Below, piece by piece: positions 1 to 9,236 of a DNA stretch of 64,000 nt. The stretch comes from Nanobdellota archaeon. GTDB taxonomy: Archaea; Nanobdellota; Nanobdellia; Parvarchaeales; Parvarchaeaceae. Within the stretch, counting starts at the first letter, position 1, and each line of letters starts with the position of its first letter. The stretch lies in contig JAKAPK010000002.1 of assembly GCA_021807125.1 (NCBI GenBank), positions 14,120 to 78,119 on the forward strand, in the 5' to 3' direction. The position numbers and the translations under genes were made by a program. Under the pieces are notes generated by a model. The model ran no database searches. It saw only the letters and a program-made list of their open reading frames with translations, and was not told the origin of the DNA.

Positions 1-429
1 GCCGGGAGATAAATCCATGGGATTCTGAGTATCGACTATCGTTGCTGACACACCGGCAAATGCAGGTACTAAATCCTGAGAAAAGGGGACCTGTGAAGCG
101 CCTGGCGAGTAATCATACTGCACGCATGATAAAAATGACGATTCGGCCATCTTTGAAACGTCTATAACGCCAGGTTCGGTGTTGCTCTCTGTCATTATCG
201 TCTGTTTCCCTGCAATGTTTGTCATATAATTGTCTGTCTGCTGATAAGCAAAACAATTTGGAGAGGTTATAAGACGACTACCGATAGCGGAAGCGACTGC
301 CTGAGCATTTGCGAATACGCTTACGCTGTTTACGTTGGATATGCTAAATGACAACACTATTAATAACAAAGCGAACGACAGTATCAAGACTGCCGAGTTC
401 GTGAATGACATCAGTTCCGCTAATGGCAT
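1..429 (-). CDS. Secreted protein, N-terminal part only (gene runs off window start). Start ATG is the complement of 427-429; N-terminus is MPLAELMSFTNSAVLILSFALLLIVLSFSISNVNSVSVFANAQA, a signal peptide with an AxA-type cleavage site.
   Basis: My own minus-strand translation from 429 downward gives an open frame with a hydrophobic signal peptide followed by an S/T/N-rich mature region. It is missing from the ORF track because there is no stop inside the window. It lies immediately downstream of the 850-aa surface protein gene on the same strand. Confidence 0.5.
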   Translation of the reverse strand, partial: MPLAELMSFTNSAVLILSFALLLIVLSFSISNVNSVSVFANAQAVASAIGSRLITSPNCFAYQQTDNYMTNIAGKQTIMTESNTEPGVIDVSKMAESSFLSCVQYDYSPGASQVPFSQDLVPAFAGVSATIVDTQNPMDLSPG

Positions 430-430
430 A

Positions 431-2983
431 TTATCTCACCGTTGGTGTGTACACGCCTCCTGCTTGCGTCTGCACCAGGCTTAATCCTCCGTCTAATGCT
501 AGTGTATTATAATTATAGCCTAATAAAGTAGTGGAGGGAGTGTTCGGATCCACGCCGAAGACGTTGTTGTTCGATAAAAATGTCAGAGTAAAATCACTGC
601 CAGAGCTAGTAACCTGAAAAGTAATGTTTGAATATTCTGTCGGATAGAATGACTCGCTTGGACCTGACGGGAATGCAAACCCATTATATAGAGATGTAAA
701 GGCATTTGTCTGTATATGGCTGTTTATAAAATTGGTTACTGTGTTGGCACCAGGTATATTGCTTAAACCTGGAAGCACCTCCACGCCTACTATTGACCGT
801 TGTATATCTGGCGGACCTGGTATATAATTAGAGTCCGATGAAAGCGGAGATGAGAAGTCTAGGATAGAATTATTATTTATATAATATTGTGGATAGGCTG
901 TTGTTGCCGAGCTATAATATGGATTGATAAGTTTTATACTGTTTTTGCCTCCAGTCATGTTTGTCAGGTTAATACATGATATGGCTGTGCCGAACTCTGT
1001 TATATTATTCTGCGTGACGGCGTTGACAAAGGCGCCGCTCACTTGTGAGGAGGTAGTGTATATCGGTGCGCCGTTATCGTCTGTTATAAGATTATAAATA
1101 CAAAGTGTAGAATAACTGCCACCTGGAGGGGAATAAATTCCTAGACCTAAATAAGAGGGAAGAAGTATACTTACATTTTTAGAAGAACTTGTGCTTAGGA
1201 TCTCATTCACAAAATAAGCAAGTGTATGAGGGAACAGTAAGTTATTCTCTGGACACTCCGTATTGAAAAGTCCTTGAGATATTGCAAAAGACAGTGAACC
1301 ATTGCCTTCGGGTAAAAGTAAGGATTTGAGCGTGTTTCCTGGAGGAGGGGTGGTTTCAGCTTGAGTACATATATCCGCCAGATCGGTTATTACCGGCGTC
1401 GAAGCCACAGTGGCTCTTCCATTTGCTTGTCCTTCTAGATAAACTTCTCCGCCATATCCGATAAAATACGAGCCGAGAGGCTGAACTGCGTTCTGCTTAA
1501 AGTATACATCAAATAATGTAGTAAGCGCTCCATATTCTGAAAGTGCGCCCATTGCAAGATTACTGCCAGAAGAAGTGAGCGAAGACGCCGTCGGAAGATC
1601 TCCTAAACATGTAGCTGTACGTGCTGCGACCATAAGGCCTGTGCGTCCCACAAGCGCAACTGTAGAAAGAAGCGGGTCTCCTATCCCGTTGACGGGGATA
1701 TTGTTTATGAAAGCGCTGTTTGACGACAAAGTATTGGATTTTACAGAAACGCCGCTTTGAGGCGTGGAATAAGGATTGTAGGAGGTGCTGCTATTCGAAA
1801 ACTCTCCGAGAAGATCCTGGCTAAGCTGTGCACTTTGCACGGCCGTATTTATCTGGTCCTGTGCGTAGTATGACTGTCCAAGGTTGCTGTACTGGCCAGA
1901 CAGGTTTGCCTGCTGAACGTAATGATCGAGCTCTAAATCGAAGGCGGTTAATTGCGGTGGAAGAGGTTGCTGATTCTGGTATGAAGAAACTACCTCCAAG
2001 CCGTTCGAAAGGGAATTCCCGGACAGCGGCGTTACGTATTGGTCGAAATGAAAACCGTTTGTCAAAGAATTGACGACTGTCGCCGCTGATAAAAACGCCA
2101 CCGAAAATGTTATGCCTTTCAATCCGAAACGGATAGCGGATTTCACTATAGATTGCTTAAAATTGTTCTTGACGTTATTGGCGACATACTTTATATATGC
2201 AAGAACCCCGTTTCCTCTCGCTCTTGCCATCTGGAGAAGGCTGTTTGGCACATCTACCGTTATTGTTTCTGCGTTCTTCAGTCTGTTTTCCACTTCGGTG
2301 GAAGAAAGTATTTTACCTGTAGTCGCATCGCGCCATACTCCTTTTTTCACTGCAGGAGACAATGCACCTATGAACTGATCGTTCGATTCCACGTAGTCTG
2401 CACTAGTAAACCTTGTCGAAGCGATTTCATTCTTGCCAAGCTTGCCGGCTTTCATAGCATATGCCCCATCTTGGGTTATAAAACTGTCGCTCTGCTCCAC
2501 TGCGCTTCCTTTAAGATTTTCGACTTCGGGTAGAGTATCAGCAAGGACTTTATCGCTCGCTGATAAGGTCATTCTCTCCGCGTCTGTACCGACGCTTATG
2601 GGCCCAGGTTTTGACTTGGGACCTACACTAAGCATGAAACATATCGCAAAACTGTATTCTGCCGTGCCAACATCCAGCGTTGGACCGCTTGCATAAGATA
2701 TATTCCTTATGTCAGAACCGCCTGCACAATTGTATTTATCCGTCGCTGCAGACCACTGACAGAGGGAATTATTGCCGCTAAGTGTTATTCTCATCGATGA
2801 TGGTGCAGAATATAGGGCATTCTGTATAGCGCCTAGATTAGCGCCGAAAATTGAAATTGAATCTGCTCCGTTCTGCAGGAAAACGCCCTGCAACTGGGCA
2901 AAATAGATTCCTACAAGGAGAAAAGCGGCTGCAAGTATGATTACCGCGATACCTATGACTACCTGAGCATTTCTACTCAACAT
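431..2983 (-). CDS. Large S/T/N/G-rich cell-surface protein, probably a glycoprotein, with an N-terminal membrane anchor or signal
   Basis: 850 aa. N-terminal hydrophobic helix MLSRNAQVVIGIAVIILAAAFLLVGIYFAQ. The rest is low-complexity Ser/Thr/Asn/Gly-rich with many N-x-S/T sequons and no enzymatic motifs. This composition is typical of archaeal surface/S-layer-like glycoproteins. Confidence 0.55.
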   Translation of the reverse strand: MLSRNAQVVIGIAVIILAAAFLLVGIYFAQLQGVFLQNGADSISIFGANLGAIQNALYSAPSSMRITLSGNNSLCQWSAATDKYNCAGGSDIRNISYASGPTLDVGTAEYSFAICFMLSVGPKSKPGPISVGTDAERMTLSASDKVLADTLPEVENLKGSAVEQSDSFITQDGAYAMKAGKLGKNEIASTRFTSADYVESNDQFIGALSPAVKKGVWRDATTGKILSSTEVENRLKNAETITVDVPNSLLQMARARGNGVLAYIKYVANNVKNNFKQSIVKSAIRFGLKGITFSVAFLSAATVVNSLTNGFHFDQYVTPLSGNSLSNGLEVVSSYQNQQPLPPQLTAFDLELDHYVQQANLSGQYSNLGQSYYAQDQINTAVQSAQLSQDLLGEFSNSSTSYNPYSTPQSGVSVKSNTLSSNSAFINNIPVNGIGDPLLSTVALVGRTGLMVAARTATCLGDLPTASSLTSSGSNLAMGALSEYGALTTLFDVYFKQNAVQPLGSYFIGYGGEVYLEGQANGRATVASTPVITDLADICTQAETTPPPGNTLKSLLLPEGNGSLSFAISQGLFNTECPENNLLFPHTLAYFVNEILSTSSSKNVSILLPSYLGLGIYSPPGGSYSTLCIYNLITDDNGAPIYTTSSQVSGAFVNAVTQNNITEFGTAISCINLTNMTGGKNSIKLINPYYSSATTAYPQYYINNNSILDFSSPLSSDSNYIPGPPDIQRSIVGVEVLPGLSNIPGANTVTNFINSHIQTNAFTSLYNGFAFPSGPSESFYPTEYSNITFQVTSSGSDFTLTFLSNNNVFGVDPNTPSTTLLGYNYNTLALDGGLSLVQTQAGGVYTPTVR

Positions 2984-3079
2984 AACTCACTAGATTTATT
3001 AAATCCGGGATATTAATAATTTAGTCGCATTCTGTTAACTAATCAATAAATTTTTATTTAAACCCTGATAACCAAAGGA

Positions 3080-5428
3080 ATGAAGGTGGATTCATATGAC
3101 TTGCTATTTGATATAGATTTTAACGAGCTTACATTCAAAGGAACGGATAAAATAAGAATAAAAGCCATTGGAAGCATAAAGCTTAACTGCGTAGATTTGA
3201 CTGTAAAAAACGTAAAAAAACAGGGAAAGAACGTAAAATTCAGATTAAACAAGGATATTCTAATTATACCTGGGACTTTTGATGGCATTGTTGAAATAGA
3301 ATTCAGCGGAAAAATAAATGACACGCTGACCGGGCTATACCGCGCCGGGTATGGGAACAATTACATGTTATCCTCGTTCCTTTCGTCTACAAATGCAAGA
3401 AAACTTTTCCCTTGTATCGATGATCCGGCGTACAAAGCTACTTTTAAATTAGCTGTACGAGTGGATAAGGCCCTTGATTGCATATCAAACATGCCTATAA
3501 AAAGTGTTGATGCTGAAAAACACAAAAAAACTGTGAAATTCATACGGACTCCGAAGATGTCCACTTATCTATTATACATAGGAATTGGTAAACTCGACAG
3601 GATTTCGGAAAACGTTAGCGGGAAAAAGGTATCCGTAATAGCCACAGAAGGTAAATCTAGATATGGTAATTTTGCACTCGATATAGCGAGACGCTCAATA
3701 GATTTCTTCGAAAGGTTCTTTGGGCATGTATATCCTCTGCCTAAACTTGATCTTCTATCGATACCGGAATTCTCGGTTGGCGGGATGGAGAATTGGGGTG
3801 CAATAACTTTCAGAGAAAGCAGTCTGATAGTCAGTCCAAAAAGCACCGTAATCACGAAACTAAACGCTGCCGATACTGTGGCGCACGAAATAGCACATCA
3901 GTGGTTCGGGGATCTGGTAACAACGAAAGACTGGAGCGACATATGGTTAAACGAGAGTTTCGCCACTTTAATGAGTTATAAATTTCTGAGCAAGGAATTT
4001 GCGGGATGGAAACCGATGTATGATTTCTTCGAGTTAAGATTTACAAGTGCATTGCTCTTGGACTCTCTTGATAGCTCACACCCTGTGATAATACCCGTAA
4101 AAACTAACGAGGAAGCAAATGAGGTTTATGACAACATAAGCAGCTATGGCAAGAGCGTAGTTGTGCTTCGCATGATCGAATCTTTTATCGGCGAGAAGAC
4201 GTTCGAATACGCCGTAAGATCCTTTGTAAAGAAACACAAGTTCGCAAATGCAGTAAGCGATGATCTGTGGTCAGCGTTCGAAGCCGAATCGAAAAAACCT
4301 ATAAAAAAGATTATGCACGGTTTTATCGAAAGGCAAGGTTATCCGTTGTTAACTGTAAGAAAGGATAAAAACGGAATAATCATAACCCAAGAAACTTTCA
4401 AATTGAACGGTAAAAAGAACAACGACGTGTGGTATGTGCCGATGACTGTAAGGATAAATGGTAAAAAGACCGTTTTTATGTTAAAGTCGAAAAACTCCAA
4501 ATTAAACTTAAAAGATATATCTTCAATAGAAATAAACGATGGCAATGTTGGTTTTTACAGGACTAGATATGAAGGGCTTGAAAAGGAATTCTGGGAATCG
4601 GAGCCTTCTGCTTTTGAAAGATGGGGTTTCATTTCGGATAAATTTGCGCTGTTGACTGCAGGGAGGCTTGGATTCGAAGATTATATTAAAACCGTCGAGC
4701 TTTTCCAAAATGAAAACGAGAACCTTCCTGCGTCAGAAGTATTAAGTGAACTCATGCTTTTATGGAGAATTAATGGGGCGTTGTGCAAGGATGCTACATT
4801 GAAATTTATAAACGGCCAGATTGGAAGAGTAGACAAAAGCGATGTTGACACTGACAAGATTTTGAGGGGAAGATTATATGTTGCACGTTCTATGCTAGAC
4901 TGGAATTTTGCGCATTATTTAGCACAGAAATTTGCTAATTTTGACAATGAAGATCCAAATATAAAAACTGCGATAGCGGTGGCTTATTCACTTACAGAAA
5001 ACAATATAGATGAATTAAAAAAGCGCCTTGAAGCCTCAACAATGGACGAGGAAAGACAGTATATGATAGCTGCGCTTAGCATGTTAAAGGGAGAAAACGT
5101 TGAAAAAGTGCTTAAGTACGTGCTTTCCGGGCAGTTAAGAAAGCAGGAATCTGCTGCATTGATAGTCACTATGGCCCTAAACAAGGATGCCGCTCCAAAG
5201 ATGTGGGATTGGCTGAAACTAAACCACAAAATTATATATTCTATATATAAGGATTCGCTGATGTTTTCGACGATATTGCAAAGGACACTCCCTCTGCTTT
5301 GGTTTTGTGATAGCAAAGAAGTCTCTTCTTTCCTTAAATCAAATGGTTATCTTAAAAACAACAGGGCTGCAAGAATCGGCCTTGAGCTTTTGGTAATACA
5401 TAAGAAATTAAAGGAAAGGCTAGGTTGA
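3080..5428 (+). CDS. M1-family zinc aminopeptidase (aminopeptidase N / tricorn-protease-interacting factor F2/F3 type)
   Basis: 782 aa. GGMENWGA exopeptidase motif, HEIAHQWFGD (HExxH) and downstream WLNESFAT glutamate ligand; long C-terminal helical domain. Confidence 0.9.
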   Translation: MKVDSYDLLFDIDFNELTFKGTDKIRIKAIGSIKLNCVDLTVKNVKKQGKNVKFRLNKDILIIPGTFDGIVEIEFSGKINDTLTGLYRAGYGNNYMLSSFLSSTNARKLFPCIDDPAYKATFKLAVRVDKALDCISNMPIKSVDAEKHKKTVKFIRTPKMSTYLLYIGIGKLDRISENVSGKKVSVIATEGKSRYGNFALDIARRSIDFFERFFGHVYPLPKLDLLSIPEFSVGGMENWGAITFRESSLIVSPKSTVITKLNAADTVAHEIAHQWFGDLVTTKDWSDIWLNESFATLMSYKFLSKEFAGWKPMYDFFELRFTSALLLDSLDSSHPVIIPVKTNEEANEVYDNISSYGKSVVVLRMIESFIGEKTFEYAVRSFVKKHKFANAVSDDLWSAFEAESKKPIKKIMHGFIERQGYPLLTVRKDKNGIIITQETFKLNGKKNNDVWYVPMTVRINGKKTVFMLKSKNSKLNLKDISSIEINDGNVGFYRTRYEGLEKEFWESEPSAFERWGFISDKFALLTAGRLGFEDYIKTVELFQNENENLPASEVLSELMLLWRINGALCKDATLKFINGQIGRVDKSDVDTDKILRGRLYVARSMLDWNFAHYLAQKFANFDNEDPNIKTAIAVAYSLTENNIDELKKRLEASTMDEERQYMIAALSMLKGENVEKVLKYVLSGQLRKQESAALIVTMALNKDAAPKMWDWLKLNHKIIYSIYKDSLMFSTILQRTLPLLWFCDSKEVSSFLKSNGYLKNNRAARIGLELLVIHKKLKERLG

Positions 5429-5429
5429 A

Positions 5430-6245
5430 ATGGAAGTGTTTGACTGCCATACGCACCCCACATTCAACTCTAGCATGTTTTCTGATGCAGCTAAATCGAA
5501 TAATATAGATTACTCAGAAAGCGGTCTGCTGCGCGAGATGGAAAAAAACGGTGTAGCTGGTTGCATGGCTATCGGACTTGATGAATCTTCTAACCGCTGT
5601 GTAGCCGAACTTGCGAATAGAAATAGGAATATCCTGCCTATTTATGGTGTCGAAACGCAGACTATTGAGAAAAGTTACGCTGGCTTAAAGAAATTGGCAG
5701 CGTCTGGAGTCTTCAGAGGCATAAAATTGTACTTAGGCTACGAAAACGTATATCCTTTTTCAAAAAGACTGGATAAATTTTATCGCTTGGCAGAGAACAA
5801 TGATATGACTGTAATATTCCATACCGGCGATACTTGGCAGTCTATAAAGAGATCAAAACAAGGTTCTATGGTAAAATATTCTCATCCGCTAAATATAGAT
5901 GAGGTAGCGACAACGCATCCGGAAATGAAGATAATAATAGCCCATTCTGGGAATCCGTGGACAGAAGACACGGCAGAAATAGTTTACAAGAATAAAAACT
6001 GCTATGCTGACATTTCAGGATGGTTCTTCGGTAAGCCGCAAAACGACAGTATGGATTTAATGAAAGACAAATTGAAATTTTTGGTGCGGTTCGGGGGAAA
6101 GGACAAGATTCTTTTCGGCACTGATTGGCCCTTGGCCGGCATGCACGATTATATAAATTTCGTATCAGAATGCGGATTAACATCAAATGAGATTGAACAT
6201 GTACTATACAAAAACGCTAAGAGATTGTTTTTTCAAAATAGCTGA
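5430..6245 (+). CDS. Metal-dependent amidohydrolase-family (TIM-barrel) hydrolase
   Basis: 271 aa. N-terminal FDCHTHP (HxH metal ligands), later HTGD, HSGNPW and a C-terminal D (TDWP) typical of the amidohydrolase_2 fold. Start is 2 nt after the aminopeptidase stop, so probably co-transcribed. Confidence 0.55.
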   Translation: MEVFDCHTHPTFNSSMFSDAAKSNNIDYSESGLLREMEKNGVAGCMAIGLDESSNRCVAELANRNRNILPIYGVETQTIEKSYAGLKKLAASGVFRGIKLYLGYENVYPFSKRLDKFYRLAENNDMTVIFHTGDTWQSIKRSKQGSMVKYSHPLNIDEVATTHPEMKIIIAHSGNPWTEDTAEIVYKNKNCYADISGWFFGKPQNDSMDLMKDKLKFLVRFGGKDKILFGTDWPLAGMHDYINFVSECGLTSNEIEHVLYKNAKRLFFQNS

Positions 6246-6289
6246 ATTTTTAAAAATTGAAAATACTAGAATTTTATAAATTCCAATAA

Positions 6290-6760
6290 TCAATCTACAA
6301 ATTTCCTGTCGCCGCCAAGTATTATGTACTTTATACCAAGCCGTCTTGCCATTTCGCCCTCTATGTCATCCCTGTCTCCTACAACTATTGAATTTTTAAG
6401 ATCAATGTTGTAATCATTTACGGCCATTTCTATAAGCCCGGTTTTTGGTTTCCTGCAATTGCAATTATCTTCAGGTATGTGTGGACAATGATATACGTTG
6501 TCGATTACTGCGCCGTTATCGGAAAGCCTGTGAGACAACTCCTTATTGAACGTTATGCAATCTTTCTCTGTGAAATATTTTCTGCCTATCCCAGATTGGT
6601 TTGTTACTATTATTATAATGTAGCCAAGTGATTTGTAATTTTTAATCATGTTCTGTGCGTCTGCATATATCTTTATTTTGTCTGGTTCGTGTATGTATCC
6701 TGAATCATAATTTATCGTGCCGTCCCTATCTATAAACAATGCCTTCCTTTTGTCACTCAT
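6290..6760 (-). CDS. HAD-IIIA phosphatase, GmhB (D,D-heptose-1,7-bisphosphate phosphatase) / histidinol-phosphatase-like
   Basis: 156 aa. Motif I FIDRDGTIN (DxDGT), VTNQSG motif II, GDRDDD motif. Zn-binding C-x-H-x(n)-C-x-C loop (CPHIPEDNCNCRKP) characteristic of GmhB-like HAD phosphatases. Confidence 0.7.
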   Translation of the reverse strand: MSDKRKALFIDRDGTINYDSGYIHEPDKIKIYADAQNMIKNYKSLGYIIIIVTNQSGIGRKYFTEKDCITFNKELSHRLSDNGAVIDNVYHCPHIPEDNCNCRKPKTGLIEMAVNDYNIDLKNSIVVGDRDDIEGEMARRLGIKYIILGGDRKFVD

Positions 6761-6793
6761 ATGTTAGCGTAATAAGCTTTTTTCTATATAAGC

Positions 6794-7309
6794 TCAAATT
6801 TGACGTATCCTTCCAATAACCAAGCTTAAGACTTGCGAAATTGGTTTGTCAGTCGTATCTATGATAGTTTCGCCTTTCTCTTTGGAATCAATGGCTAAAT
6901 TGTAGAATTTCGATACGGCTCTTAAGGATATCTTTCGCCTTTTCTTTTCTCTTCTTTTTAGCTCTCCCAACGATGCCGTGAAAAAAAACCTTTTGACTGG
7001 CACTTTATATTTTCTTGCAGTCGTAATAAATTCATCTGAATACAGATTGCCCTTCTTATTTTTAAACAACAACGTCCCCTCGATAATTACTGTATATTTG
7101 TTTTTCAGATAATTGTCGAGTATCCTTTTTGTATTTTCCATAGCAATTTCGGGTGCGTCTCCATCTACGATTTCATGATAAAAAACTGAAGTGTGTATTA
7201 TTGCCGTTTTGCTCTTTGGAAAGAACGTTCTTAACTTTTCCGCGATCGTCGATTTGCCAGAACCTGCGGCTCCTCGTATAATGATCAATTTGTTCCTTGT
7301 TGTCTCCAT
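6794..7309 (-). CDS. Small P-loop kinase (AAA_33 / polynucleotide-kinase-like NTPase family)
   Basis: 171 aa. Walker A IIIRGAAGSGKSTIAEKL at the N-terminus and a Walker B-like hydrophobic strand ending in D/E (TVIIEG). Substrate cannot be told from sequence. Confidence 0.5.
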   Translation of the reverse strand: METTRNKLIIIRGAAGSGKSTIAEKLRTFFPKSKTAIIHTSVFYHEIVDGDAPEIAMENTKRILDNYLKNKYTVIIEGTLLFKNKKGNLYSDEFITTARKYKVPVKRFFFTASLGELKRREKKRRKISLRAVSKFYNLAIDSKEKGETIIDTTDKPISQVLSLVIGRIRQI

Positions 7310-7342
7310 TTGTTTATTTCCTATTTTTAACGCTAAAATTCT

Positions 7343-8959
7343 TTATTTGTCAACTTTTCCGCTATGTTCAAGCAGTTTATTTATTGCGGCAACGGCCTTT
7401 ATTATATCCTTTGGCGGTCTTGCAAGTGCAACTCTAACATTGTCATGGATTCCGGGTGCTTCAAAATTATAATAATAAGAAACCGGGATAACGGCGACTT
7501 TGTAGAAATTTCTCAGGTTTTCAGCAAACTCTAAATCGTTCATACCTGTTTTACTGACATCTAGCATGCAAACCGATGAACCCTCAAGCGGATGCAAGGA
7601 TACTTCTGGGTCTATATTCGCTTTTATGTAATTGTAATTTTCCGCAACGATATCATTAAGGTGTTTTAGGTAACTGATAAATCTTTTGTCGGTGAGAACG
7701 CTCGAAAGCAAGCATAAATCATATTTATTCAATTGAAAAAACATGTTATCAATTCTGTGTTGCAGTCTATCTTCAATGTCTTTTGAATAGGCTATGCATC
7801 CAAATTTTGAGCCGTCCAAACCAAGTATCTTGCCAGTATCACCTATAATCATATAAGAAGGTTTATGCGGCAGCTTCAAACGCGTAAGCATAGGCACGTT
7901 TATCTTAAATGGCGTAATTTGGGCGAACACACAATCCAATATTAACAATCTTTTCCCATCACAAAGTTTAGCTATCTCTTCTATGGTTTTCTGTCCATGT
8001 ATCTTGCCTAGCGGGTTCTCAGGTATAGTCAGTACTACTGCAACTGTCCTATTTGTGATTTTCTTTTGTAAGTCTTCAATATCGGGGGTGAAATCCTTAT
8101 GCCTCTTCGCATAAATTACGTTGCCCCCCAAAGACCTGATTATATTTGGATATGCATCATAACCTGGTTCAAACATTATTACTTCGTCACCCGGAGTAAT
8201 TATTGCATAATCTATTGCAATGAGAAGCGCATAAGTGGCAGTCTGGATAAGTTTGATATTGTCCGTTTTAAAGACGTTAGAAAAAAACCCTTTAATGTTA
8301 TTTATCAGTTTGTTGTTGTCCATTTTGATGAATTTTGACGCGATGCTTTTTCTATAACTCTCAATCCAATTCGGATTTATACCGGATGGGTAGCTAGCAG
8401 TTAAGTTTACAATATCGCCTGGATTTGTGTACAGCTCCCGTTCAAGCGCCGTCTCTTTGGAAGTTCTTGGACCGAAGAACAATGGCTCTTCAAGAGCGAC
8501 ATTCCAAATAACATCAAAAAATTGCTTGTATAGCTGATAGACGGTTGGGTTATCTAAAACCGTTGTCTTTATTTTATTATTCTCAAACGAGCATACTCCT
8601 ACTTTACCGTCCCACAGATAAAAATCACAATCTACGTTCACTAAATGTTCAGGGATGAACCTGGCTGTGAAATGATCTATCCACTTTGGATTGCTAAAAT
8701 GACTATGAACTACCTCGATATTTTCAGGCGTGTCCGTAGCTATAAAACTATCGTGTCTACCTTTCTCCGCTATTTTATTTCTATACTCAATAACTATCTC
8801 CTTGAAAGCGGGATGCATTTTTTTCTTTATGTTTACATACCCAAAGGTATCGCTTTTTCCAGCTGCCACCAATTTAAGTAAGTCGCCATAAATAGCGGTG
8901 TCTCTCTCCGAGATTGTATCTTCCTTTTTTATTCTTACCATGCTTGAATATATCTTCAT
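7343..8959 (-). CDS. Class I/II PLP-dependent aminotransferase-fold protein with an unusual ~180-aa N-terminal extension
   Basis: 538 aa. Residues ~180-538 have the aminotransferase class I architecture: ATYALLIAIDYAIITPGDEVIMFEPGYDAY, the LDCVFAQ strand, and a candidate PLP-lysine region IIGDTGKILGLDGSKFG. The first ~180 aa have no motif I recognise. Confidence 0.55.
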   Translation of the reverse strand: MKIYSSMVRIKKEDTISERDTAIYGDLLKLVAAGKSDTFGYVNIKKKMHPAFKEIVIEYRNKIAEKGRHDSFIATDTPENIEVVHSHFSNPKWIDHFTARFIPEHLVNVDCDFYLWDGKVGVCSFENNKIKTTVLDNPTVYQLYKQFFDVIWNVALEEPLFFGPRTSKETALERELYTNPGDIVNLTASYPSGINPNWIESYRKSIASKFIKMDNNKLINNIKGFFSNVFKTDNIKLIQTATYALLIAIDYAIITPGDEVIMFEPGYDAYPNIIRSLGGNVIYAKRHKDFTPDIEDLQKKITNRTVAVVLTIPENPLGKIHGQKTIEEIAKLCDGKRLLILDCVFAQITPFKINVPMLTRLKLPHKPSYMIIGDTGKILGLDGSKFGCIAYSKDIEDRLQHRIDNMFFQLNKYDLCLLSSVLTDKRFISYLKHLNDIVAENYNYIKANIDPEVSLHPLEGSSVCMLDVSKTGMNDLEFAENLRNFYKVAVIPVSYYYNFEAPGIHDNVRVALARPPKDIIKAVAAINKLLEHSGKVDK

Positions 8960-9106
8960 AACTTAAAATATATTGCTTACTCCAGTTCTTTAATAAAAAA
9001 TAATTTCTCAAAGAAAAATTATAGTAAACGTCTGGATTTTAAACCAACGACGACAGATTGAAGACACCTAATCAGTGCTTTGACGACGAAACGTTACAAA
9101 AAATAG

Positions 9107-9179
9107 TGCTCCCACCGGGATTTGAACCCGGGTCTGTGACTCGAGAGGCCACTGTCCTTGGCCGCTAGACTATGGGAGC
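9107..9179 (-). tRNA. tRNA-Glu (anticodon CUC); no intron and CCA not encoded
   Basis: Reverse complement reads GCTCCCATAGTCTAGCGGCCAAGGACAGTGGCCTCTCGAGTCACAGACCCGGGTTCAAATCCCGGTGGGAGCA. It has a 7-bp acceptor stem, a GTTCAAATC T-loop, and anticodon stem GTGGC/GTCAC with loop CTCTCGA, giving anticodon CTC with U33 present. Confidence 0.85.
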
Positions 9180-9236
9180 AGATATAATCTATGTATTAGA
9201 ATGGCTTTTATTTAAAGACAAACTGCCGACGAAAAC

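Noticed and set aside
1575-2696. Four plus-strand ORFs (61-126 aa) nested inside the 850-aa minus-strand surface protein gene
   Set aside because: They are entirely antisense to a long, compositionally coherent CDS. Their translations are low-complexity mirror images (Ala/Pro/Arg-rich) with no start context. They are a typical artefact of S/T/N-rich coding sequence.
3058-3855. Minus-strand ORFs of 67-100 aa overlapping the start and body of the M1 aminopeptidase
   Set aside because: They are antisense to a protein with unmistakable catalytic motifs and give hydrophobic, low-information translations.
7191-7472. 93-aa plus-strand ORF bridging the kinase and aminotransferase genes
   Set aside because: It is antisense to two well-supported minus-strand genes and has a hydrophobic, low-complexity translation.
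8960-9106. Possible C/D-box sRNA between the aminotransferase gene and tRNA-Glu (GACGACAGATTGAAG...TGACGACGAA)
   Set aside because: There is no proper C box (RUGAUGA) and D box (CUGA) pair with terminal stem on either strand. The duplicated GACGAC is more likely chance, so not called.
9107-9179. tRNA-Glu as a possible integration hotspot or genomic island boundary
   Set aside because: There is no integrase, no direct repeat of the tRNA 3' end, and no atypical gene content on either side. Flanking genes are ordinary metabolic genes.
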